Origin: Yuukianura sp. NJ FZ-2021
Lineage: Eukaryota
Assembly (NCBI GenBank): GCA_046563655.1
Contig: CM102285.1
Coordinates: 9,176,001-9,240,000, forward strand
Length of the DNA: 64,000 nt
Direction of reading: 5' to 3'
Position 1 is the first letter of the stretch; each line of letters opens with the position of its first letter. The notes beneath the pieces are model-generated. The model had not been told where the DNA came from. It saw only the letters and a program-made list of their open reading frames with translations, and did no database searches. Positions 25,701 to 38,850 of this stretch are shown piece after piece. Position numbers and translations under genes: made by a program.

Positions 25701-28700
25701 CCTTGGAGTTAACTGCGTCTCTTCGTCTGCTTCTGACTTAATCAAGACACGGTTTTATTTTAAAAGTGGTGGTTGGTGATGGTGTTGCTGCAAGGAAATG
25801 GGAAAACGTGTGTGAATACGGAACGAATGCTTAATGGTAATTACTTGGTTATTTTCGGTAGTATAAGTTCATGTCCTACATTCAAAATCTCTGTCCTGCA
25901 TTTTCAAATTAATGCTTGGTCACAGGAGGGCATTAAATCAAAGTACGGAAGGCGTTTTACGACGCTGTATTTTTTGTTTCGAAAATTTTCATATTCTAAA
26001 ACAATCCAAAAGTCATTAATCCGAATTCACATTTTTTTTTTTGAAGATTCGAAGATTTTTCCGGAGAAAATGGATTTCACCATTTCACAAAAAATTCGCA
26101 GGAAATCCTGTTGTAAGTTCGTATAAAACGAAAACGGGAAAAAAATTGAAATCAAAAAATTAAATCTCACTTCCTCTGCAATAGAATCAGAGATCACTTG
26201 TTTGTATGCGAGATTATTTGGAACTTTCTACCCCAACCAACCCAACAATGAAATTCCAGGGATTTGTTAATGGTTGTGGATTGTGGTCCAGAGGGATTTA
26301 TGAATGCAACAGGAGAGTGTATGCAATTGGACAACAATTGACTCCAGTGTCACGTCCATCAACGAGGTAGGAGCTGCTCATCGAAGCGCAACACTGTTCC
26401 ACCGGAAATCACTTCCCATTCACAGAACTTACAATCCTCCCAGCATAACTATTTTTAGGCAGTTGATCTTGGGCGTTGTTCCCTTAAATAGCTTTCAAAG
26501 GGAAACGACAGAGACAATGCATTCAGAGGAAGTGACCTCACCCTCGCCCTCCATTAAAACACTTGCCTCGCTCCATTCAACACTTTTCACTTCATTTCAG
26601 AGGTCACAAAAACATAACTTCAAAGTTTGTTTTTGATCTTGTTGATATTTTGAGGCATTTGGTTTTTCGCACTTTCAATGTTTTCAGTATGCTTATGGCA
26701 TTTGGGTTTGCTGTTGGATATCTTTATCGAATTTGGATTTCTCATAAATTTTTGCGAAGTATTTTCCAACTAAACGACTCAAACATAAGTTATGATTAGG
26801 CAGTAGCAACAAGTTACAAACTGTATGCACCTTGCGCGACTTTATTGACTTTCGTATGGTTGGCTTTGCCTCATTAAAAGTAATCTGACTTGTTAATATT
26901 TCCTTCTAACTTGTAAATCAACGTTCAACGTAAACGCAAAAGTTGCTTCTGTTAAAGTTTTTGCGTCTTTTTCTATTTGTAGAGATCATAAAGTGGTGAG
27001 GGGTGAGATTTATTCTACGCAAACTAAAAAAGTATAAAAGCTGTCATCGGAGATCTTACGCAGGATTTCAATTAGCACTAAATCTCTAGTAGAGGAAACA
27101 TTAAATAAAATTAGTGGTGACAGTGGTGACACTGGAAGGCACTGATGCTTCCCATTACGATGTCAAGCTTCGAGATTTCGCAACTCCATCCATCCTTCTA
27201 GTACGATAAGACCGATTTTTTCACGAGATGCAAAAGTTTTTAGAAATCTGACACTTCCAAAGGATTACAGTCACAATTTGGAAGAAATTCTGCGCTTCAT
27301 TCCATTCAACTTGCTTACCGTGATTCTTTTTACAACTTTTTTCAAAACCTTCATTTGTTTGAGACGCCACATATGATCATCACCTAAACTGAATTTTTTT
27401 TTTCACAAGCTAACATTGGAACTACGAAAACAATTTTATTTGACGGTTATTCTAAACAAAATTAAAAATCAAATCATTTTTGTTAATTTTTTAGTTTTAG
27501 TTAAAAAAAACTCTAGGAAATGAAAAGTTTCACACGGGAATACATCTTTAAAATTAATTGGACAAGTCTGGGAGTCAAGCGTGGGAAATTAGGCCAAACG
27601 ACTAAAACATTTTGTTTGAGAAAGTTCCCTGGAGAAGTTTTTAATTTCTTCACCTTCTGATGACCACTTAGGGTTTCTTCAATCTAAACTTTCTCACCAA
27701 TTCCAATTTACACCTTTAAAATGTTGGTTTTTCCTCAAAATATTGCATGTTTTCGTTTTTAAAAATGAACAAAAGAAAGTCTTCTGTTGAGCATAATTTG
27801 TCTAGTACTTTGTATTTTCTAAGACCAGTGAAGATGGAAGCTATGATTTATGTAGCCACAAATTAAAGTTTGAAATTCCTCAGAGAGGATGCGTGAATTG
27901 AGGCGTTTGGAGGTGGTAAGTCCCTCTTCTTCACGCTCAATTTCCCAATCTCCTTCATCTTCATGAAGTTGTCAAGAATTTGCAATCTTCACACCCAAAA
28001 CCGCTTTTGCTCAAAACGTAAATCCTCAAAAAATTATAAGATGGGAATTATGGCCACTTAGCTCAGTGTGTGTCTCACGACTTACATTCTAAATCCTCAG
28101 CCTCACAAGGATCAACGGCCTCTGCAGATCCAAGTGCATTATTAAGACCAACAATAACATAAAGAAAGACTTAAAACAAGTCATGAGATTTCCTTTTGTT
28201 TTCTACTCATACTAAAAAATTTCTAAAGCTGTTCCTCATGCCGTTAAACAGTAAAAGATCATGTCGCCCCTTGGCAATTTCCAACACCAAGGAACTGCTG
28301 TCTTTGGATTCTGAATCCCATTGCAATCTCGAAAGACATGACAATTGGAGATCTGTTGTTGTCACTTGCCTTGAAAGAAGGCCTTGGCCATTCCCCGTTC
28401 CTTAACTCCTTGTTTGTTATTGTTGAAGTCTCTATTCTGGGTATTGTTGGTTCTAATAGAATTGGGATGGCTGCTGTTCATTAATCTTATTTTGAGAGAT
28501 ACACTGGGGCAGAGTGACAGAAAGGATTCGCTGGAAGATGCGTCTTCCTTGAAGGGATTGGCCTACTTTTGTTATGCTATGGAAATGCCTTGAAAGATGA
28601 GTGAAGGGATCAGAGTGGTAGCTAAAGGGTTGAATTCGGTCGAAATCTCATCAGTGGACCTTAGACTTGTTGGCGTTGCTTTGAAAGTGTAAGCTCTGAC

Positions 28701-31700
28701 ATGGATGACACATCCTGAGCGTTTCGGAGAGAAGCATTGCAATGCTATTGTGTTTCTGGTTGAATATGATCTTTGGGAAGCTACAGCAGGTGGAACAGTG
28801 GAATTTCAAGTGTTTTGATTTCCAAAAGCAGCAAACGAGCATCTGCTTTTGCTTCTTACAAAAAAATAGACTCGATTTTTTCTACGAATTTTTAATTTTT
28901 TTTTCAAATCGATGACCTATGCCAATCCCGAATTTAGCAAGTTGCGGCGCATTAGCAAGATTTAGCAAATCCAGAATTTAGTAAACTAAATTCTTGAATG
29001 ACTTAACATGCTAATTGTTTAGCGACCTAAGTAGCTGGATTTGAACAGTAATTTTTTCTTAACAAGTGGTTAGCGCTTAGACTGTTACGAAATTTCCATG
29101 TACAAGGTGCATTTGGTTCACTTGCAACATGTTAGCATGTTGAAGCTCTTCAATTATTTTTGACTCTCAAACTGCTTTTCGTTTCGGACCAAATCATGCA
29201 ACCAAATTCATTTGACGGTTTTACAGTTAGAATTAGAGAGGAAAGGCATCAAGGAATGAGGGATGATTACTATCATTTTGAAGGGACAATAAAACAAATA
29301 GGAACTGAGGTCAGTCTCTACCAAAGGAAAGGTCAAGGAAGGCAGAGAGGCTCTCTCAGCCAGCATACGGTATTAATATGGGCCAAGAATCCAGGACATG
29401 ACTATTATTCACAATTTGAAAGGGCTAGCAGATGCGCCTTTTGGTTTTTCAAACAGAACATAAATTGGATCAACCTCCTGTTCTGATTCACCTGAGTTCA
29501 TCATCATCTTTCCCCGCGTTTCTTCGGATCTTCAGATCTAAGGGTACGAGGGCCCTTAAGATTTTGAGTTCAAGTGAAAATTACATCCCTGGAACCCTTA
29601 ATACCCTCTCGTATCAACCCTTCCACCCTCTTTGTTTTCTTCTCCTTCAAATTAAGTGAGGTGTAAAAGATTTCCAAAGGAGATTAAGACCAAGATTTGA
29701 AATCTCTATTTAGGTCACGCCAGTTGATCTACGCTACTAACGCCTCCTCCAACATCAAATCCCATTCCTAACGTTAAGAAAGTAAAAACCTAACCTTATA
29801 GCCTATGATTCCTGTCTAAAGATTTATCTCCTTGTCTTCATCACTCTCAAATTTATTCGGGCGTTAGTAAATGGGATCATAAAAGACTTGGGAATTGAAT
29901 TAGAGTGAAGAGCCTATCCTATTCGTATGGTTCCACACCCTCAAACATCTTCAAATTACAAAGAGAGAGAATTTGAATTACCTATTTTTAAATTTCAATT
30001 CAAACATGTAATTGTAATTGGTGGCTCTAAAATTTTTATAGTGTATTTTAAATTTCAAATCTATCATTACCCTAAACTAAAATTTAAAATAGGGCAAACA
30101 CTTTTTAAACGGTTTCTTTTTAAAAACATTTTTGAAAGCCGTAAGCTCTGAAACTGAAGCCTAAAAGTTTTGTTTTGGGTAGTGAAAGCACGAGGACTTA
30201 ATCCATATGTCAATGATGTTAAGCGTATGTGTGTAAGCAAGGCACGTGACTAAAGATCATACACATCAACTTATTATTCTTTTTACAAAAGCTTTTTAAA
30301 AAAGAACTTTAGAACGTAGAAGGGCATAGGGTAACAATTAACAATAGATTTTGAATTGGTTTTAGATGAGCTTTCTCCGCGTGGGAAAGAAAGCGTCACA
30401 CGTGAGCAACCCTGTGCCGATGTGAATACGCCCTACGCTGTGTTCCCACGAGACAGAGACCAAGGGCAACCCTTGAGCTGTAGTTAGGTTAGGTTAGGCT
30501 TTTGGGGGTGAAAGTTGCTCCGAAAATTCGGTTTTAAGGGTTTAATCACCCGGGCATCACGCCGAAATCGGAGGGAGAGGGTGCATTTGCCTTAAAATGC
30601 AAAATGAAACAAAGCCAAAACGACGCGTCGCGTGCTCCAAGCAAAATCCGGATTGACATTGACCTAAACAAACGTAATTCCAAAAATTTTGGAAAATTTT
30701 TGGAACAAATGTTTTTGAAAAAACAGACATTTGTATTTTCAAAATTTTGGATAAAAACATGTTCGGGTCATGGGTCATTTCATTTGATTGACATTTTCGG
30801 TCCCCGATCTCATGGATTTTGGTAAATCTGTGACGAATTGTGTAAGATTTTGATCATTTTTGAAAAGCAAGGGTTTTTTAACAACAAAAAGAATCTTTTG
30901 TAAAGTAATGGAGACACCCCTTGTAGTGGTTTCTTTGTTTGAAATCAAAAGGATAGTTTCTCCCTTCAAAGATTTCTGTCAGAACATCATCAGTTACCCG
31001 CATAAGATTGAAAGGAGGAAGAAATTCTGAAATTCTTTTGAAAATACCCACAAAACTGTAATTTCAATTGATAAAAACTCAATTGAATTGATTCTAACCC
31101 AAAAGAGGAAGTGCATTTTATAGTCCATCGTTTACGAATGGTTAGGTTTCCTTGAAATTGAGAAGTTTAAGGGGTCGGTACTTTAGAAATTACTGTTTTC
31201 TGAAAAAATATAAAAGATCCAGAATCCTGAATTGGGACAGATTTCAGATTTCAATTAACAACAGATCGTGATTCGGTGATTCGTGAGATTTAAAAAAATC
31301 CTCAGCAATTTTCGTTTTTTAAAATCTGTTGTAATAGAAATTCTTAGTCAAAAATAGCTTGCGGTACCTTGTACAAGTACCAACATTTGTAATTGTAGTG
31401 ATGTGGTCCTTCAGGAATTGTTTCCATAAACATCGACATGTACTTGTACATGGCCATGGATTGCATTCATCGTGGGAACCCACCTGCTAACCCTACGTTT
31501 ATGAATTCAAATCCTTTGCTCCCAGAATTATTCCTGGTTGGTGGTGGGTTGTTTCCTTTGCTCTTACGTAGATTCGGGTTTCGTTTTTTGTGGTTGCCCC
31601 ACGGTGACCAGAGATTTAGAGTCTAAAAATACCTGCACGAACTAAAAATCTGAGCCTCCAAGATGTTTTAAATGGAAATTGATTCGTCCAATTTGTTTTG

Positions 31701-32654
31701 TGGAAGATGCATACATATTAATCCACATCCTGCTTCTCAATGGACCCTGAACAAAAGAATGGAGGCAGGTGGGAGTTGGAAATCCAAAAAGACAATGGAT
31801 TCTTATGTTGATGTGACAAAATTTCAGAATGAATACTAGAATCTTTCAAGTTGAAAGGAAGATCTACATTCAAGAAGCACCAGAGCAGAAAAATATCATC
31901 ACTGTAGCAGTGCTTTCTATTCTTTTTCTAGTTCAAGAAATAAAGACATTCACGCCCAGGACATTTACCACTACAAAACTAAGAATATTCTGCACTCATT
32001 CACAACAACAAAGTGGTCCAAGTCCTCAGAAAGACTCAAACTGCAAGAATGAAGTTCATTCACAATTTTAAAAGTAACCAATTTAAAAATTATAAAAATT
32101 CCCACAGTTGAAATTAATTACCAAAAACTTTTTCAGCCAGTAAGTTGGTGACTTTAAAGTTCGAGTGTAATCACAGTCAGTCACAATATAGTTTGCTCAA
32201 AAATGGAAAAAGCGATCCCGTCTTTCATAACCACTTCATCCATTATAAAATTTCCAAAAAATTGCCATTCTGTTCCATAAGACCACTTGCTGGATTTTTT
32301 TTCAAAGAAAATCGCCTTGTAAAAATTAAAATAAATAGTACACAGGATGCCTAGATGCGTTAACTTTCACCTCTGCAAAATTCTCCACACTCAAATCGCG
32401 TTGGTTTTTCAGCCGGCGCGCAAAATGCATATATTCAAAAATCAAAATACATGTAGCATAAGTATGACAAGTTGCAGTAAATATTGCGAAAATCATTTCT
32501 ATTCTATGTGAGCAACGAACGCCTCTTTACTTAACTCACAGGAAGTTGCTTGTGTTAGTTGGTGATGGAACTAATGAAATGGAAACAAAAGGAACTTTGC
32601 AGAAGTGTTTTTGCCAAGTATGGACCACATAGAGCCTAACATCTTCCGTGGGAA
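19789..32654. promoter_or_regulatory. Cluster of Su(H)/CSL consensus sites (YGTGRGAA) upstream of emc
   Basis: 13 exact matches found by eye at 19789, 20218, 21065, 21394, 21448, 22719, 23140, 27580, 30380, 30443, 31471, 32099 and 32647. Confidence 0.6.
22595..22609 (-). promoter_or_regulatory. Mad/Medea (BMP/Dpp) activating element GGCGCCA-N4-GNCV
   Basis: Minus strand reads GGCGCCA TCCA GACG. Confidence 0.5.
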
Positions 32655-35600
32655 AGCACCTGCTGGAAGTAATGGATTTGACGAGGCATTGGAATGGCTA
32701 TAGAATTTATCCCACAGATTCACCTGAGAACTCTCCCACAGAATGAAGCTGCTCAATTTGTTTAGATTTCCCACCCATTTCAAAAGCCCTTTGGACCACC
32801 ACAAGGTCACAACAACATCCCAACAGGTCAACAGGTTGAGAATCCCATTCACACAACAGCCATTTCCCCACGTAGATCAAGTAACAAGATCTCACAGAAT
32901 GAAACGCAGATCTTATAAGGACCCCTTAAGTCCCCAACTTCTGCTTCCGTCATCTTCAGAGTTCAAAAGGGCCCTTTGCAGTCTCTAGACCTGCGACAGA
33001 CAGGTGACAAAATTAGTACAACGGGATTCGAACCCTTCAAGGCCCCCGTTTTTCCTCAATGAAACTAACCAAAAGAAAGATGAACAAAAAGAAAGAGAAA
33101 ATTCGGTGTAAAGCTATAGTTTGGAATTTAATTTCAAGAATTTTGAAATTAGTTCATAAGATTTTTCTGATTTTAATTAATTTCTGGAGGCATTTCAAGG
33201 GCTGCTGTGAGACCAAGTGCGTTTTAGGATTGTTCTTTTTTAACAAAAGAGAAGGGTTGGCGTGAACTTTCTAAGTACCCAGGGCCCTTGAAGTGCATTA
33301 TAGCACCTGCTCCCATAAAGTCGATGATTCCTTGGCATTGTTTTTAGCAGTTGAGGTTGAAACAGTACTGATTGGAATTACCGCCCACGACCTTATACGC
33401 AGAGAGGTCACTTTACACTTGTCCCCTTGGTTTTTAGGCCTATTCACAGGTGGGCCTACCAAATCCCGGCGCCATATGCTGCTGAGAACGTCTCAAACTC
33501 CAGACGCCTTAAGAAATAGCCCTTGAAGTACCCTTCGAAAGGCCCTTAAGGCTCTTCTTCGATCCCAACAACACCGAAACTCTACTGCTGGCTCACAGAT
33601 TTTGAGTTTAGGATTCAATTTCCAAATAAATCGGAAACTAACTCCGGTTCTTCTCCTGAACCAGTTTTTCAACACCATGCACTTTAGAGTCATTGGTGTG
33701 TCCAAGGAAGGAAATCTCTCACTTAACTTCATTAAGGGTCCCTCTTTTTCCAGGGACCCTTGAGCCACACACAGGCCGAGAGTTGGCGACCCTGGAAAAG
33801 GAAACAATTCCGAGACATGTGTGTTTTGGTCTCGTTTGGAAACAGAGATCATGGAGGCCGATGGGATTCCAAGTCAAACAAGACGTAAAACATACGGTTT
33901 GGTTACGGGGCGCCTTCTGACACATCCAACAGCCCGTCTCCTGAAAATTACGAGGACACAAATTGCCATTTGAACCTTGATTTCCGAAGGACCCCTTAGA
34001 GTCACACGGAAGGGCTCTAAGTGGTCACTTTGCTCTAACAAGAAGACCAATTCTTAGGCAATTATCAGCCTAGGTTGTAAGGGCCCCCTTAGAAAGTGTT
34101 AACGTGTTTTCAATTAACGCCATCCCAATCAGGTTCACTTCCGCTTAAGCGCCTAACGATCTAATGCTTGCAAGTCGTAAAAGTTAAGCTCGACGCTTTT
34201 GACATATTACTTTTCTGGCACTCCGAAGCTGCGGTCATGGGGCCCTTAAGTGCACTTCTTTTTACTTTTGATGATCATTTGCCCAAAGTGTTAACTGCTT
34301 GTTATGACTCAAATCACTGCTGCGGTTTAAAAAAGTTTCTAAAGCTGGAGCTTACGGGAAGAGGAATGGAGGGAGAGGGTAGAGATCATGGACGAAATTA
34401 ATTATCCGATCTGAGGGTACTTGGAAGGGGGTAGTTTTTACCCCCTTTGGTACTTAAGGCTCTGATTCTTTACTGAGGACCCCTTACGTGCTTCCATTGC
34501 TCACAACCTTGTTTCTCATGTTTCACTTGCTTCTTGAATTTATTTGGTTTTGATGGTAATGAGTAAAAGGCTCCAAGGAAGGAAGATGACAATACACCTG
34601 CTTCATAAGCTGAGATTGATGATCTCATGATTGAAATCCATCGATAGTACACAAATGTATATAATATATATAATAATATACAGCATATAATATATAATCT
34701 GTAGCCCCTAACACACCTGTGTGTCCTCCAAAGATCATCTGCAGATCTGCAGACTGAAGATCAGAACTTGTTGCTTGTGAGATGCGTGAGGAACTGGATT
34801 GGTTCTACCTTGTCATTAAATTTTCAAGTTTTCCTTGGGAAGTGGCCTCTAAATGCAATTTGCAATCTTTCGCAAAGGTGTGAACTACATCTCTGTCGAA
34901 AATGTACGACTCGAGGCACTTTGATTTGTGCCTTGCATGATGCTTCAAGCAGCACAGATTTTTGAACTCTAAGTGCATTAGAATGTCAAAGCCTTGAAGC
35001 CTGTTCCTCGGAATTCTTTTGCTATTGAGACACACCTGAATTTTGGAAGATTAAAATCTGATTAAAGCTTTAAGTTTTAGAGATTCACGGGAATTTTGAT
35101 TCAAAAGCTTGAAGAATCCCAGAGGACATCCTTTTAAAATTCTTCTTCCGCAAGCTTATTAGTGCTGTTCTCAGAAGATTTTTTCTGGTTGAAAATTTCT
35201 TAGGAAGATCACATTTACCTGATCTCATCTTCCTCATTGGAAGTTGCATTGTTAGAGTAAATCTCTACCTGTTCTGAGCACCTGTGCAGGCCTTAAGGCA
35301 TAACAAGAAAACAATGCTGAATTACGCAAACACGTCAAATCATCAGGAAAAAAAATATCTGCTTGAAAACAATCAATAATTAACAAGAAATTTGACCAAA
35401 AAACCTGTCTTATTATTCAAAGAAAAAGAAAATCGCCGTCAATTCTCGAAATTTTTGGATGTGGCCATCTTCTCTACTCCAAATTTTTTAGAAAAGTCAA
35501 ATTGAAGCAGAAAAGCATGATGGCATCATTGGAAATGAAGATCTATTCCTCACGAACATATCTCTTGAAAGTCCATAAATCATAAAACTATCTGCTCAAT

Positions 35601-37570
35601 CTAGATTTACAAAAGGTGTAATTTCCTAAATTAGTAAACTGCCTGTTCCTTATTATGGAGATGTAGAAGTCAATAAGCTCATCTTCAAAGTCCCAATAAA
35701 GTCAGGCCCATTTTAAGCTTTTACAACTTATTGTGTGGTCCTCCAATCTAATAATAACTCACCTGTACGCACCTATAACTTTTTGAATTGATTGTTTCTT
35801 GTTTATGGAACGATGAATTTTCAAAATGATCAACTAAAGATGATGTCTAATGCCTTCCCATAAAAAATATGTTTCCACTTTTGGTCCGGTGCCATTAGGA
35901 GATCTTTCCTTTTCATCATCATGAGCATCTCCAGCTTAAGTAAAAACTTTCTTTATTGTAGTGACTCTCATTTCGGACGTAGCCATTTTTGGACTCGGTC
36001 TCAAAAACTCCCAATTTCCAAATTCGGACAGCAAGCCAAAAAGTGTTTTGTTTAGATTTGAGACGCTTGACGCCTCGAGTTGACGCTGTGACCACTTAAG
36101 GTAGTGCCTTCGAACCATCATCAGGTTACGATAAGCTAAGGTTAGAAACCTTAAAGTCCTTTAGGTACATGCTACGTTAAGGTAAAAAGTAAAACTAAAC
36201 ATTGATCTGGTGGGCCCAGGTGAAATTAAACCGGACTTGTTATATTACGCCAAATTGTTCATCCTGTTTTTCTTTATTCCTTTGCTTTTTCCAGAAAATG
36301 AACATTTCAACTTTTAGACATCGACGACCTTGCAAGGCAAGCCAGTTTTTGAACTACCCTTGAATGCTCATGCATTAATTAAATTGTAAAAAATCTTGAC
36401 TTTTAACATCTCCGCTGATGTCTGAAGTAGAAGGATTTATGCTAACTTTTCACAAAAAATACAACGAATTTTTGCTTAGAAGTACTATGTATGCTCACTT
36501 CATTTCAATTTGGGTGACTAAACGATGACTTTGAGGAATGAAGTCGTATTGTTTATAGCTTGCTTTTCTGCGGTTTTTGGGACGTTTTAAATTAAAATTT
36601 GTTAAGCTTGAGCAGAATTTTGTTGCGTTTCTTTAAAATTTTCACCTGCTTCGTATTTCAAAGTACATCGAATGCTTCAGTGACTCATGCCAAATGTTTC
36701 CATGACTCAAATTGAGACTCATCAAAAAAGTATGCCAATTTTCTGGAACGAGTGAAAAAATTGACAGTTCAAAGGGTACACCCTGGGCCCTTGCAGTTCA
36801 AATTCAAAAACTTGCATTCAGAAAAAGATGTTTTGAACATTTTTGTTACAAGTTTGCGATGGGTGTAAACTAATTTACGTTGGACTTTTACAATCTCTTT
36901 TACTGTTATGTTGGTGTACGTGGATTGTGGGTACTTTGGAAGATAACTGTTATCCCTTGAGGAAGATTTGGAAAGTGAGCAATTAAAGGGACCCTTTGAC
37001 AAAAAAGTTTAAACTTGAAGTGCCCTTGTGGACGCCTAGGCATCTTTAGCCTGCCCTTAAAGTAACAAGGACACAACTGGAAAGAACAGAAATTCTTAAG
37101 GGCCCAACAGGCCCTTGAAGACAATTCCATGCCCATGTCCATTCCTTGTCGCTTGAACACGACAACAACATCGCTGGAAATGGTCATTCAGAGATGAGTA
37201 ACTAATGGACCATTTAGTCTCGGGAAGTCTCTCCTTCCAATGGACGAATTGTGCGAAGCAACTTGATAAATGACTCGGCACTTGCCGTTAAATGCGGTGA
37301 GGAAGTGGCTATTTCAGTTTTTGAAAATGGACAGTACAACGAATCTGAAATTTCGAGAAAAAAAAGACTGATTTTTTTTTTGTGATTAAAATGCTTTTAG
37401 GCAACCACTGCCACTTTGCTTTTGAAAAGAGTCCGTGACCAATTACTGCATTGTTCCTTGCTTTTTAAAAATCCGAATTCAACCCTACCCTGTCAAATGA
37501 CTAAGTCGTAAGTGGAGACACTCTAAAATTGTCATTTTATTTCAAAAATCAAAAGTAAGTATTTAGTTTA

Positions 37571-37608
37571 GTGCTTTCCCCTCCATTGATTTATGGAGGG
37601 GAAAGCAC
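37571..37608. repeat. Perfect 16-bp inverted repeat with a 6-nt loop
   Basis: GTGCTTTCCCCTCCAT-tgattt-ATGGAGGGGAAAGCAC. Confidence 0.9.
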
Positions 37609-38035
37609 ACTGATCATCGTATAACTACAGAAAATAACTTCTAAAAGTTGGAATTCAAGAGAAATAAAAATTCCACAACAGGCTGACTCAAAAACTCCAT
37701 TTGAAAATATTTGGCTCCACTCATTTAAAACTTCTACGTGAAAATAGATTCAAATTGCAACGAAAAGAAAAGTGAAAGTAGAAAAGTGATTTGCGTTCCC
37801 ATTTGTACTAAAAGTAATTACCAAAAATCGGAGTTTCGTGGATTTGTTTTTCAAAAAGTTGGTTTTATTGAGTTTGTATGTGAAATTGATTGTGGTTTGG
37901 AGAAAGTTAGGTTAGTGAGGTTAGGTGATCATAGGTTGTTTGTTGTTTGGTTGTGGCTGTTAAGTGGCTACAAATCCAAATCCTGTTGCACCTCCTTAAG
38001 ATTCTTAGCACGTCTTCCAAGGCTTTCTTGTCTCC

Positions 38036-38052
38036 GGCGCCAGGCAGACGCC
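38036..38052 (+). promoter_or_regulatory. Mad/Medea (BMP/Dpp) activating element, readable on both strands
   Basis: Plus strand: GGCGCCA GGCA GACG. Minus strand: GGCGTC TGCCT GGCG. Confidence 0.5.
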
Positions 38053-38850
38053 CATCCACCTGTACACAAAACAATGGGCTCAATGGACAGGTCAACTCAC
38101 GACCTTCCATCCCTCTCACGACTCTCAAAACAACAAAAATGCACACAGATTAAACACAACTTAAAGCTCAAGTCACACCTTCAAAAAACTCACAATTTCA
38201 AAATACTTTCAAGCATTTCAGGAAAAATAAAACTTCAATAACAATAAATATGGTCGAAATTTGAAAATTTGAAGAAATCGATAAATTCAAAATTTGAATT
38301 TCCTCAAAAGCAATAAATTTCCAATTTTTTTTAAAAACTTCCCCGGAACAGAATTTCTTGCACATGAAAAACTAGTCAGTGTTTACAAAAATAATATTAC
38401 AGAGACAATTGATAATTGAGTGGCGTTCTTGCTAAAGATATTAAAAAAAAACTCAGTTTGAAAAATTTAGTTTTTAGAAATATAGTACACACCATTTTTC
38501 GATTTCATTAATAAGAAGTTAATCGAATTGTTGTTTTTGAAAATTCGAGTAGAATCTGGCCTTGACAATATGAAATTGCATTGTTGGCAATTTCAATGTT
38601 CCATAAAAACGCTTATGAACGTTGCGAAGTTATTTGTTTCTTTGCGCGCTTCGTGACATTAGAAGGAATTAATGACATTGAACATGCGCTCAAGGTCAAT
38701 GGCAATTGTTCTAGAAGATGTCTATTCAAGCCTTCCTGAAAAAGTTTTTAGTTGAGAAGGTTCTTGCGTTGCAGTAATTTAATTCAGAAAAGCATTTTAG
38801 TCGGATTCTACGTTCTTGAAACCAAGGGAAAGTTGTCATCATCAAGAAAG

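Noticed and set aside
30484..30498. (TTAGG)3 as a telomere or interstitial telomeric array
   Set aside because: Only three units, and similar short runs are scattered through the window. Too short to call telomeric.
33022..33035. tRNA T-arm/B-box-like GGGTTCGAATCCC (minus strand)
   Set aside because: No A box at proper spacing, no acceptor stem and no cloverleaf.
34657..34755. AT microsatellite and the 16-bp palindrome TCTGCAGATCTGCAGA
   Set aside because: Low-complexity sequence or a local duplication, with no supporting context.
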